DNA from: a bacterium
GTDB lineage: Bacteria; Armatimonadota; Chthonomonadetes; Chthonomonadales; CAJBBX01
Direction: 5' to 3'
Length of the DNA: 41,899 nt
Assembly: GCA_009885735.1 (NCBI GenBank)
Contig: VFKD01000033.1
Coordinates: forward strand, 1-41,899
Numbering within the stretch: position 1 is the first letter of the stretch; the number at the start of each line of letters is the position of its first letter. A model generated the notes under the pieces. It was not told the origin of the DNA. It saw nothing but the letters and a program-made list of their open reading frames with translations, and ran no database searches. The translations under genes were made by a program, and so were the position numbers. Below are positions 15,630 through 24,148 of this stretch, one piece after another.

Positions 15630-16346
15630 GTGCTTTCAGCAGAGACCCGTATGAGCGTCGCCTCACATGCCTCGACAATGAACGATCTGCGAATACGCAG
15701 CGTCGAGCTAAACGCGCGTCGAACGCTCGCTCGCGAGCAGCTTGCCTCCGAGCAGGCGAAGATCGAGGCGCTTAAGGCTATAGTCGCTCGTGGTCCCGCC
15801 GTGAGGGAGCGGCTGGAGCACCTGGGAGACGAGCTGTTCAAATCAGTCCAGAGCGCGCTCCAGCACGTGTTGAGCCTCGCCATCCAGGAAGTCCTTCAGG
15901 AGCCGGTCTGCTTCGCCGTGGAGATAACCGCCCGAGCGGGAACGGCCTCGCTCAGCTTCTCCATTCAGCGGGACGGAATGACGGAGGATGTCATGCGCGG
16001 CCAGGGCGGCTCCGTGGCAAACATTTTGTCGGTGGGACTTCGCTTCTTCGCGCTTACTCAGATGGACACTGCGCGGCACAGGCAGTTTCTCGTCCTTGAT
16101 GAGCAGGACTGCTGGCTGCGACCGGACCTTGTGCCGAAGTTTGTAAAGATTGTTCGTGATGCCACGCGGGAGCTCGGCATACAAACGCTAATGATTAGTC
16201 ATCACGATATCACGACATTCGAGCGGTATGCAGACCGCATCTACCAACTTCGCCCAAGCGCGGACGGGGTCCGCGCCTCACTCTGGGAACTTGACCCAGC
16301 TGAGCCCGATGTGGCCGACGTTGGTGAGAAGCGGGAGCCGACATAG
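15630..16346 (+). CDS. Rad50/SbcC-like ATPase, C-terminal head lobe (signature-like motif, Walker B, H-loop)
   Basis: It carries RGQGGSVANILSVGLRF (signature-like), FLVLDEQDCWL (Walker B/D-loop) and LMISHHD (H-loop), preceded by ~90 aa of helical region. It has no Walker A. The GTG at 15630 is 2 nt after the upstream stop; in-frame ATGs at 15651 and 15678 are alternative starts. Confidence 0.8.
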   Translation: MLSAETRMSVASHASTMNDLRIRSVELNARRTLAREQLASEQAKIEALKAIVARGPAVRERLEHLGDELFKSVQSALQHVLSLAIQEVLQEPVCFAVEITARAGTASLSFSIQRDGMTEDVMRGQGGSVANILSVGLRFFALTQMDTARHRQFLVLDEQDCWLRPDLVPKFVKIVRDATRELGIQTLMISHHDITTFERYADRIYQLRPSADGVRASLWELDPAEPDVADVGEKREPT

Positions 16347-16374
16347 AAAGAAGGCCGGAGCAGATGCTCCGGCC
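16347..16374 (-). terminator. Hairpin terminator shared by the convergent operons (T-tract on the minus strand)
   Basis: 9-bp stem ggccggagc/gctccggcc (16353-16361 / 16366-16374) with a 4-nt loop. On the minus strand it is followed by ttcttt, so it should terminate the secretin operon. It begins 7 nt after the plus-strand stop at 16346 but has no plus-strand T-tract. Confidence 0.6.
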
Positions 16375-16430
16375 CTAACATGGTCTGATCTAATTTGGCG
16401 CGAGCCCAAAACCCGTTCGGCTAGACCAAA

Positions 16431-16483
16431 TCCGCTCGCCCTGAGCGCTCGTCAGCCTCATCGACGAGCAGTCGAAGGGTGCA
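16431..16483. repeat. Single copy of the dispersed CCGCTC.CCTGAGC...GTCGAAGG repeat
   Basis: tccgctcgccctgagcgctcgtcagcctcatcgacgagcagtcgaagggtgc, lying between the secretin stop and the terminator hairpin. Confidence 0.75.
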
Positions 16484-16514
16484 TTGGTGCGTGCGTAACC
16501 GAGCAGCTAAGGAA

Positions 16515-19500
16515 TTATCCCTTATCTTTGTCCGGGTCGATGTTTGGAGCTACTCGGGGCTTGGTCTCGTCCGCTTGGCCCTTGTCGTCCGTTCGCTTTG
16601 GAGCCGGCTTGGACTTCTCCTCGCGAGGCGCTTTGGGGTCCTCGGTGGGCACGAGGGATGGGTGTACCTTTTGCAGTTCGGGGATCGCCCTTCGGATTTT
16701 TGCAGATTGCCGGTCAACGAGCGCCTTGCTGTCCCGATCACCCTCCACGACATGCGGAACCAAAAAGATCATCAGTTCGGTCTTATTGGTATTGGTGGTG
16801 GTGGAGCGGAAAAGGCCGCCGATGATGGGAATGTCTCCCAGAAGCGGCACCTTGTTCTGGTTGAGAGTTTTGCTGTCCCGCATCAGGCCGCCAAGGATCA
16901 CTACCTCGCCATCCTTAACGCTGATCGATGTGTCCGTTGACCTTTCGGAGTATCGTGGTGCAAGGATCGACTGCGGCCTTCCCTGAGCGTCCGCACCCGA
17001 GACGAGCGTATCGAAGCCAATCAACTCCGTGGCCACAGCCAGCACGTCGATTGTCACCAGATTGTCGGGTGTGATGCGCGGCGTGACATCGAGTTGGATT
17101 CCGATGGGCAGGTAGTCGTAGCTTAGGCTCTGACCGCCGGTGAACCCTCCGTTTTGCGAGTTGGTGACATACGGCACGTTCGTAGTGATGTCGATCGTGG
17201 CTTGCTGATTGTTTGAGGTGAAGACCTTTGGAGTGGCAAGAATCTTCACCTTGATGTCGTTCGCCAGAGCCTGCACCAAGCCATTGAACTTGCCGTCCGC
17301 AGCCTGAACTCCAAACTGAGCGCCCGGATTGATGGGTGTTCCTATGTTCGCCGACGTACTTCCGCTGGTCCCCAGCGGGAAGCCAAACGAGCCGCCGTGG
17401 GTGATGGCGGAGCCAATAAACTTGCCGATGCCCTTTGCGTCGAACTGCACGCCAAGTTTCTGAGAGGCATCCAGGCTGGCTTCCGCGATGATCACCTCGA
17501 TCATCACCTGCCGAGGCATCTGGTCGAGCTGACTGATTATGTCTCGGATTGCGGCGTTATTCTCTGGGTTCGTGGTGATGATAAGCGCATTATTTGCTGG
17601 GTCCGGCACGACGCCCACATTGTTTCGCAGTTGAAGCAGGCTGCCGAATGCGCCCGTCTGCCCGCGGCCAAATCGGGGCGTCTGCATCTGGCGCTGGCCG
17701 CCGCCGCCGCCTCCAAAGAAGAACTGTCGGCTTGTGTCCGACCCGTCCATCGCGTCAGGAAGAAAGCCACCGTCCGTCATGGTGCCGCGGATGCCGTCCG
17801 CCGGGTCCTGCCCGCTCGTAAACCCAACTGGCGCGATGCGGCCGCCGCCTCTTCCGCCGGTGCCAGCGCCCTGGCGGCGCTGAATCGGCTGTCGCTGCTG
17901 CCGCGGCTGCTGTCCGCCGAAACCGCCAAAGAATCCGCCGAAGCCACCCCCGCCGAACTGATTTTGGTTGCCTCCCGTGCCGAAGGCTTGCCCCAGAATG
18001 TAGGCTACGTCCTGAGCCTGAGCGTTCTTCAGCGGCACAACGAAGGTCGTGCTCTCGGTTTTGACGTCTACGTCAAGTTCCTTCAACAGCTCTTCGATCT
18101 TCTCCATCCAGACTTCGGTGGCTGTAACGATAAGTGAGTTAGTTCTCGGGTTGGCTACGACCTTTGCGAACGGATTTGTGCTCTGGACGGTCTGCTGGCG
18201 CTGCTGCTGCTGCCCACCGCCTCCAAATCCGCCAAACCCGCCTCCTCCGAATCCGCCACCCCCGAATCCTCCGCCTCCGCCACCCCCGAAGACGCGCTGC
18301 TGAAACGATGCGCCTCCGCCGGCGGAGCTCCCGGGCGTGGCGCTCGAGAGCACGGTATTGATCGTGTCTGCGATCTCAATAGCGTCCCCAAAATTGACCT
18401 TGATGTGAACGGTTTCGGTAGCGTTTGTATTCGGCGCATCGAGCTCGCTGATCATCTGCTCCACTCGGCGCATGTTGTCGACGCTGGCGACCACATAGAT
18501 TGAGTTGCTTCGAGTGTCCGCCACGGCGACGACTGCGGCGCGCTCCTGGGCCTGTGGAATTGGCTGGCCGTCTCGGCCCATTTGGGGCTGTGGTTGTCCC
18601 GGCTGTCCACCCTGACCTGCGGGGCTTGGCCGGCCCCGAGAGAGAGTTTGCTTGAACAGATTGTTGATCATTGCGGTCACTTCGGTCGCATCCGCGTTCT
18701 TGAGGGGAAAGCGCCGAGTTTCGTTGCTTCCAGCCGCCTTGTCGAGAAGCTCGACGAGGTCGGAGACTCGCTGAACATTATGTGCAGTGTCCGTGATGAT
18801 GAGTGCGTTTGATCCCGCGCTGCCCACGATGCTGGCGCCCTTGTTGATGAGCGTAGCGAGGTCCTTCGAAAGCGCGCCCGCGTCCACATTCTCTATCGGG
18901 ATCACCTGGGTGATAACCTGGTTTTTGTAGTCGTCGGAGGTCATTGCCGGTTGGCCGGGTATCGGCTTGCCGTCCGGACCGATGGTCGGCGGCCTCTTCA
19001 ACTGGACCGTTGTTTGCACAGCCACGTTCAGCGGAACGATCTTCAGGATCGTGGTCTCGCCGCGCTTTTCGAGCTGGCCGACAAACCCGCGAACCTCCAG
19101 GGTGGACTGCAGAACCTGAAATGCCTGATCGATGGTGAGCTGCTTCGGGCTGATAATGGTCACTGGCCCAGTGAGGCCCGGATCGGGCACGATCTGCCAG
19201 TTCGTCGCCATCGCGAAGAACTTTAGAATGTTGCCGATCTCTGTCCCGCGAAACTCCATCGTGATGAGGCCGCCCGGCGGCACGAGGCCCCCGCGGCCGC
19301 GGCCACCTCCAAACTGAGGCTCAGCCCGTGTTGGCGACACAGGAACGGCAACCGCGCCAGCCGGAAGCTGCAGCGTGAGTGGCTTACCGTCTGGACCCAC
19401 GAGCGGTTTGCCGTCGGGACCCAGCAGAGCCTTAGCGGCATCTACCTTGGGGTCCTGAGCCTGCCCTGCGGGCTTTGCCTGAAGCGGCACCACCTGCAGG

Positions 19501-19697
19501 CCAGTGTTGGCTGGAGCCGGGGAGGCCGTGCCTCTGCCCGGTCGAGCTCGCCGAGACCGGGCTTGCGGTTCCGGCTTCTTTGCCTCGGGCTTGGCGGCCG
19601 GCACAGGCACCTGAGGTGCAGGGGCCTGCGCAAACGACACGAAGGGACACGCAACCGCACACAGCACAGCAATTAGTGGCAATCGATTCGTTCTCAT
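16515..19697 (-). CDS. gspD: Type II secretion / pilus-type secretin (GspD/PilQ family) with long Gly-rich insertions
   Basis: The C-terminal secretin domain is recognisable (NNQQATIDITTNVPYV..., VPLLGDIPIIGGLFRSTTTNTNKTELMIFLVPHVV). ATG 19697 gives the signal peptide MRTNRLPLIAVLCAVACPFVSFAQA. The upstream extension to 19817 overlaps the preceding gene and is discounted. Confidence 0.93.
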   Translation of the reverse strand: MRTNRLPLIAVLCAVACPFVSFAQAPAPQVPVPAAKPEAKKPEPQARSRRARPGRGTASPAPANTGLQVVPLQAKPAGQAQDPKVDAAKALLGPDGKPLVGPDGKPLTLQLPAGAVAVPVSPTRAEPQFGGGRGRGGLVPPGGLITMEFRGTEIGNILKFFAMATNWQIVPDPGLTGPVTIISPKQLTIDQAFQVLQSTLEVRGFVGQLEKRGETTILKIVPLNVAVQTTVQLKRPPTIGPDGKPIPGQPAMTSDDYKNQVITQVIPIENVDAGALSKDLATLINKGASIVGSAGSNALIITDTAHNVQRVSDLVELLDKAAGSNETRRFPLKNADATEVTAMINNLFKQTLSRGRPSPAGQGGQPGQPQPQMGRDGQPIPQAQERAAVVAVADTRSNSIYVVASVDNMRRVEQMISELDAPNTNATETVHIKVNFGDAIEIADTINTVLSSATPGSSAGGGASFQQRVFGGGGGGGFGGGGFGGGGFGGFGGGGQQQQRQQTVQSTNPFAKVVANPRTNSLIVTATEVWMEKIEELLKELDVDVKTESTTFVVPLKNAQAQDVAYILGQAFGTGGNQNQFGGGGFGGFFGGFGGQQPRQQRQPIQRRQGAGTGGRGGGRIAPVGFTSGQDPADGIRGTMTDGGFLPDAMDGSDTSRQFFFGGGGGGQRQMQTPRFGRGQTGAFGSLLQLRNNVGVVPDPANNALIITTNPENNAAIRDIISQLDQMPRQVMIEVIIAEASLDASQKLGVQFDAKGIGKFIGSAITHGGSFGFPLGTSGSTSANIGTPINPGAQFGVQAADGKFNGLVQALANDIKVKILATPKVFTSNNQQATIDITTNVPYVTNSQNGGFTGGQSLSYDYLPIGIQLDVTPRITPDNLVTIDVLAVATELIGFDTLVSGADAQGRPQSILAPRYSERSTDTSISVKDGEVVILGGLMRDSKTLNQNKVPLLGDIPIIGGLFRSTTTNTNKTELMIFLVPHVVEGDRDSKALVDRQSAKIRRAIPELQKVHPSLVPTEDPKAPREEKSKPAPKRTDDKGQADETKPRVAPNIDPDKDKG

Positions 19698-19731
19698 TTT
19701 CAATACCGTCCTTTGCCTGTGGCTGGAAAGT

Positions 19732-20574
19732 CTAGCCACGGTCGCGTCCGCCCCCGCCGCCATCACGTCCACCGCCACCGAATCCGCCTCCACCACCGCG
19801 TCCTCCTCCGCCCTCAAACCGACGGTTCATCATTCGAGCCGCGGCCTGCTCGCGCTCCTGAGGCGACATAGAGTTCATGCGCTGCTGAATGCGGTCACGA
19901 ATGGCCTGCGGCATACCTTCCATGTTTATGCCAGGAATCTGCATCCCACCCGGCATTCCCATCGTCGCGCCGCCTGGCCCGCCCGCTTGCGGACCCCCAG
20001 GGGCTGCAGGTGGAGCAGCCGTTAGGTATGCCGCGCTCTTGTTTAGGGGCGTGAGGGAAAAGTCTTCATTCTTGGCCATCGTGCGTGCTACACCGGCCAC
20101 GTTTACGGTGACGCTTCTGTCTGCAATTGCAGTGATTGATCCGCCCAGAAATGAGTCACCGACTTTAAGGTACTGACCTTCCTTGGTCTTACTGTTTTCC
20201 ACGAGCGCCATTTTTGTATCGCCTGTCGACACAGTTCCGGTGTATGCATAGTCGACAAACGGATCAATCGGAGCGGGCATGGAGGGGGGTTCAGGCATCG
20301 CAACTGTTGGCGGTGCCACTGGGGCCGCCGGAGGTACGGGAACGCCGTGCGAGAACAGGTCTCCTCGAACCGACGACACATAGAATGCAAGCGGCTTGCG
20401 GGCCTGGCCGACGGCCAGGAGGTCGACAACGGGTGCTTCCGACGATCTATCCACGCGCCCGGTTTTGACCGCTGCGGTCGGTCCGCCCTTTGGCGTCTGC
20501 GCCATGACTAGGGCGCCAATTGCCACGGCTCCGGCGCCCACCAGCATCGGCATCATTTTGCTTCGTTTCTTCAT
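19732..20574 (-). CDS. GspC/PilP-like secretin-interacting protein with an RGG/Gly-rich C-terminus
   Basis: N-terminal anchor/signal (MKKRSKMMPMLVGAGAVAIGALVMA), a Pro-rich linker, and the core YTGTVSTGDTKMALVENSKTKEGQYLKVGDSFLGGSITAIADRSVTV resembling the PilP/GspC HR domain. The tail is EGGGGRGGGGGFGGGGRDGGGGGRDRG. AGGAG lies before the ATG. It is a paralog of 29728..30582. Confidence 0.7.
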   Translation of the reverse strand: MKKRSKMMPMLVGAGAVAIGALVMAQTPKGGPTAAVKTGRVDRSSEAPVVDLLAVGQARKPLAFYVSSVRGDLFSHGVPVPPAAPVAPPTVAMPEPPSMPAPIDPFVDYAYTGTVSTGDTKMALVENSKTKEGQYLKVGDSFLGGSITAIADRSVTVNVAGVARTMAKNEDFSLTPLNKSAAYLTAAPPAAPGGPQAGGPGGATMGMPGGMQIPGINMEGMPQAIRDRIQQRMNSMSPQEREQAAARMMNRRFEGGGGRGGGGGFGGGGRDGGGGGRDRG

Positions 20575-20605
20575 GGCGATTATCTCCTTCGTTCTACTGT
20601 CAAAC

Positions 20606-21158
20606 CTAGAGTGTGTCCGGCTTTTGGCCCGCGTCTTGTGTAAATGCAGACACCATCACCTCGATATCGACCTCACGCGACTTCGCATCCGTTGCAGATA
20701 CATTCAAGCGGTCAATTACGAGCTTGCCTGCGGGGTCTTCAATGCTGTATAGAAAGGGGATGCACTTTGGAAACTCAGTCGTCAATCTCACAGTCACCGG
20801 GATTCGGGTGAGTCCTGCAATTCGCTTCGCCCGTATGGGCTTGATCTCACGCAGGTGCAAGCCGGCGTCCTTTGCAAGCTTGGCAAGCTGTATCACCATC
20901 TCGGGCACCACTTCGTCAACCGGTTTCGTTTGCGAGGCCCGTGCGATTCGCTTCTTTAGCTCATCCGATTCCAATATCATATCGCGAGCCTGCTGAACAT
21001 ACTCGCGGCTCTTCTTGGTTGCCTCCGCGGCAGGCACGAGCTTCTTGGCGCTGCCATCCGCAGGGTTTAACACCATCACGACGGCAACCACCACGACCAC
21101 TGTACACAAGAGTATCAGCAGTCGCTCTCTCGGATTTCTGTTGCTGAGGAAGCTCACC
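20606..21158 (-). CDS. PilO/GspM-like inner-membrane assembly platform protein
   Basis: A single TM segment (LLILLCTVVVVVAVVMVL), a coiled segment, then an alpha/beta domain (IPVTVRLTTEFPKCIPFLYSIED). A GTG at 21158 overlaps the upstream TGA (GTGA coupling). The longer start at 21250 overlaps the upstream gene. Confidence 0.6.
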
Positions 21159-22728
21159 GCTGTGCCACCTCGGCGCGTTCCGCCTGTGACGCCACAGCAG
21201 TGGCCCTGCGCCGGTCCGACGGAGGCTTCACGGCGGACTTCAGCTTGCATGCAATCACAAAGTTTATCCCCGCCTCAATCTTTGCAGCCGCCGGTTGCGC
21301 TGTGCCAACTGTCACCGGCGCAGCCATTGCATCGCCGATATAGGTTAGCCGCACATCCGCGTAGTGGCCGCCGGCTCGAAGGGCGCGAACAATCTGCGCC
21401 ACGCCGTCCTGCGTCCTTGCATTTCCGTGGATGGACGTCGTGCCCGCTCGGTCCATGCTCAACTGAGTCAAGCGGACAGGTTCCTTCGCGGGAACGGAGT
21501 CACTGAGTCCCTTCACCAGTTCGAGGCTAGGCGCATTTCGAGCGAGACCGGACTGCAGTGCCTGGTAGGTGCGCGCGAGATCATCGTGCTCTCTCTTTGC
21601 GCGTTCATATCGAACCTTGTTCTTGTCCATCTCGGAATTAGCCATACTGTCTCTCTTACGCTGCTCTTGTCCACTGCTCATGCTTTGCAGCGTGAAAGCT
21701 GCCACAGCCAGCAGCACTGCGGCTCCTACCACGGCGCCAACCATTGACCGAGTGCGCCGGACCGCGGCCGAGCGCCGCTCGAGCCGTTCCGGCGGGATAA
21801 GGTTGACCTGCGGTCCGCTCGCTGTGGCTGCCTGGGCTGCTGCGCCTATGACTGCCGCATACCGTCCTCGGTCGGGCCCGCGCAGCAGCGCGCCAACGAG
21901 TGGCCGAACAGGTGTTTCTACTTGTTGGGACAGCACATTGCAGATGGCGGTAACTTCGGAATCGCCGCCGGTTACGAGAATCTGATCGAGCGGCATCGCG
22001 TGCATCTCGTTTTGGTAGGCAGAGATGGACCGAACAATCTCGATGCTTGCCGCGCGAGCGCCCGCCTCGGTAGAAGATGAGCCGGAGACCTGTGCGGCTC
22101 GCGTAAACGCGACCTTGCCTGCGCGCGATACCGTCACCTCGACTTCAGTCTCTTCCAGCCGTACTATAGCGCACGCCATAACATCCGCTGGAACATGGGC
22201 TGCCAGAGCGAGCGTGGTGATGGTGATGCCGTCCACACGCAGCCGAGCCGCGTCGAAAACCTGCATCAACCCAGAAGCAAGGTCATTGCGAGCCGCCGCA
22301 ATGAGCACGCTCGTGAGTTCATCGCCCTCGTCAGACAGCAGGTAGTGGTCTATAACCACCTGTTCCATGGGGAAAGGGATGTACTGCTGCGCCTCGAAGC
22401 GCACCATGCCCTCAACGTATTCCGGGGCGGCATGCGGCAGCTGGGCCGTCTTGAGGGTGACAAGGCGCCTAGGCAGCAGTCCTATTACGTGCTCAGACTG
22501 GATTCCGGCTGAAGTCATTGCTGCTCGTATCGCTGTACCGATCTCGCGAGCATGCGATCCCACGTCCGGCCAAGCCTGCGCCGAGAAGGGGGCTGAGCCA
22601 ATCTTGACGGATGCACTGGCTCCAGGTCGCTGCATTACCTCCGCCACGCGCACCGCCCCGTATCCTATCTCCACGGCGACGCTGGTCGAGGATGTCGAGC
22701 GTCCTCGCGTGCCGTTCTTAATTGCCAA
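21154..22728 (-). CDS. PilM-PilN fusion (GspL-like actin-fold assembly ATPase-like protein with TM and periplasmic domain)
   Basis: N-terminal PilM-type domain (VAVEIGYGAVRVAEV...), a central TM segment (MVGAVVGAAVLLAVAAFTL), then a PilN-like periplasmic part. A TTG at 22728 is preceded by GGAGG with a 5-nt spacer. The ORF track's TTG at 22749 is an alternative start. Confidence 0.7.
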   Translation of the reverse strand: MAIKNGTRGRSTSSTSVAVEIGYGAVRVAEVMQRPGASASVKIGSAPFSAQAWPDVGSHAREIGTAIRAAMTSAGIQSEHVIGLLPRRLVTLKTAQLPHAAPEYVEGMVRFEAQQYIPFPMEQVVIDHYLLSDEGDELTSVLIAAARNDLASGLMQVFDAARLRVDGITITTLALAAHVPADVMACAIVRLEETEVEVTVSRAGKVAFTRAAQVSGSSSTEAGARAASIEIVRSISAYQNEMHAMPLDQILVTGGDSEVTAICNVLSQQVETPVRPLVGALLRGPDRGRYAAVIGAAAQAATASGPQVNLIPPERLERRSAAVRRTRSMVGAVVGAAVLLAVAAFTLQSMSSGQEQRKRDSMANSEMDKNKVRYERAKREHDDLARTYQALQSGLARNAPSLELVKGLSDSVPAKEPVRLTQLSMDRAGTTSIHGNARTQDGVAQIVRALRAGGHYADVRLTYIGDAMAAPVTVGTAQPAAAKIEAGINFVIACKLKSAVKPPSDRRRATAVASQAERAEVAQR

Positions 22729-24148
22729 ATGTTCCTCCAGAATTGCCAAGCGCCGTAGTTCTATTCCAACTGCTCCAGCCGGGTCTTCGCGCCATCTCTT
22801 TCCACTGAAGCAGCCTTGGCGGCATGGCCGCCGGTGCGCCCGCCGTTTGCGCGGTCGGATCTTCTGGCGGACTCACCTCAACGAGAGCTTGAACCACCAT
22901 CGGCCTGCCCGTGGCCATGCGCACCCATACTCGCACCAGAAACGCGCTGGACTTTGTGCAAACCTGATCCACAAGCGCCTGCAACTGCTGACGGTTCAGA
23001 TCAGTGAGTTGAAACAGATCGTTCATCCCGCTGAAGACGGTTCCGCTCTCCCTGGCCTGAATGACCGCATCGTACGTTGCCTGGTCCACTCCAGTGAGGG
23101 CCGCCAGAACTTCCCTTGGAGCGGTGTTGATGTTCACCACATTTGTGCGAAACTGATCGTTGGTTACGGTGAACTTGTCACCGGACTCCTGCATGATCTG
23201 TCGCGTGAACCCAGTCACATTCAGCAGGTCTGCGATTGACTTTATGGCATTTGTGCCTGTGCCGGCACGAGCTTGAACCAGGCGCTGAGCCAGCTGGCTT
23301 GTAAGTCCCGCCTTGTCCTGGAGGTCCTGCGCACTGGCGGTCAGAATGTTGACCCTCTTTGAGCCATCCGCCTGAACATTGAGCTCTTTTGTATAGGTTG
23401 TAAAGAGTTCGCAGAGAGCGACGGTTTGGCCAGGGCTCTCGGCTTGCTCGACCGGTGCCGGGTCGCCGCCTCCACCTCCCTGCCGCGACCTTGTGGAGCG
23501 CGTGGCGCCTGACCCTCGGGAGCTTGCGCCGGCATCATCCTGTTGCTCTCTCGGACCATACAGAAGCTCGGTGGTCATCCCCTTGATGAGAAGGAGCTCA
23601 TCCACCGTGTCGAGCGGCGCATTCTTCGCACTGTAGGGTACCTGCAGGCCCTGGTAATAGTCCGTCTCGACGCCCTCTACCTGCCTCGCAACGCCCTTTT
23701 CGGAAATTGAGACTGGACCCGTGTCGTCCGAATCTCGCCAGTTGATGATGTTCGCAACGAGCTCGTCGCGCCCATCGACGTTTGGCAGGCTGCGTAGGAT
23801 CGTGTCCGCCGAGGCTGTATTGACGTTGAGCCGAGAGGTCGTGTCAACAACCTCCACTTTGTACCAGCCCTCGCCCAGAGCTGTCCATCCATTCGAGTCT
23901 GTGTCGGGCGGCTGGGTCAATTGGGCTGTGACCGAGCCCCCGTTCGTCTGCGCCTGCAGGGAGGCCATCGCATACTGCACCGCTCCCCTCGCGATAAGGT
24001 AGCGCTGCATGTCCCGATAGTTCGCCTCGGCTGCGCGTGAGTTTCTTCGCGACGACGTCGTAGTGGACACCACGAATGCCGTTAGAATGAGCACCACGAA
24101 AAGGACTGGAATCAGGGCTTGAGCTCGGTTTCGACGGCGCGCCGTCAT
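22718..24148 (-). CDS. gspK: Minor pseudopilin GspK-like
   Basis: Hydrophobic N-terminus without Glu5 (AQALIPVLFVVLILTAFVV). There are repeated helix-hairpin-helix-like LN(V/I)NTA motifs (RLNVNTASADTIL, VNILTASAQDL, VNINTAPREVL) typical of GspK. The ATG overlaps the upstream stop (ATGA). Confidence 0.8.
   Translation of the reverse strand: MTARRRNRAQALIPVLFVVLILTAFVVSTTTSSRRNSRAAEANYRDMQRYLIARGAVQYAMASLQAQTNGGSVTAQLTQPPDTDSNGWTALGEGWYKVEVVDTTSRLNVNTASADTILRSLPNVDGRDELVANIINWRDSDDTGPVSISEKGVARQVEGVETDYYQGLQVPYSAKNAPLDTVDELLLIKGMTTELLYGPREQQDDAGASSRGSGATRSTRSRQGGGGGDPAPVEQAESPGQTVALCELFTTYTKELNVQADGSKRVNILTASAQDLQDKAGLTSQLAQRLVQARAGTGTNAIKSIADLLNVTGFTRQIMQESGDKFTVTNDQFRTNVVNINTAPREVLAALTGVDQATYDAVIQARESGTVFSGMNDLFQLTDLNRQQLQALVDQVCTKSSAFLVRVWVRMATGRPMVVQALVEVSPPEDPTAQTAGAPAAMPPRLLQWKEMARRPGWSSWNRTTALGNSGGTFGN

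Noticed and set aside
16228-16986. Plus-strand ORFs (16228..16986, 16479..16940, 16544..16825) crossing the terminator/repeat region into the secretin 3' end.
   Set aside because: They traverse a terminator hairpin and a dispersed repeat, and they lie antisense to the highly conserved secretin C-terminal domain. They have no independent coding evidence.
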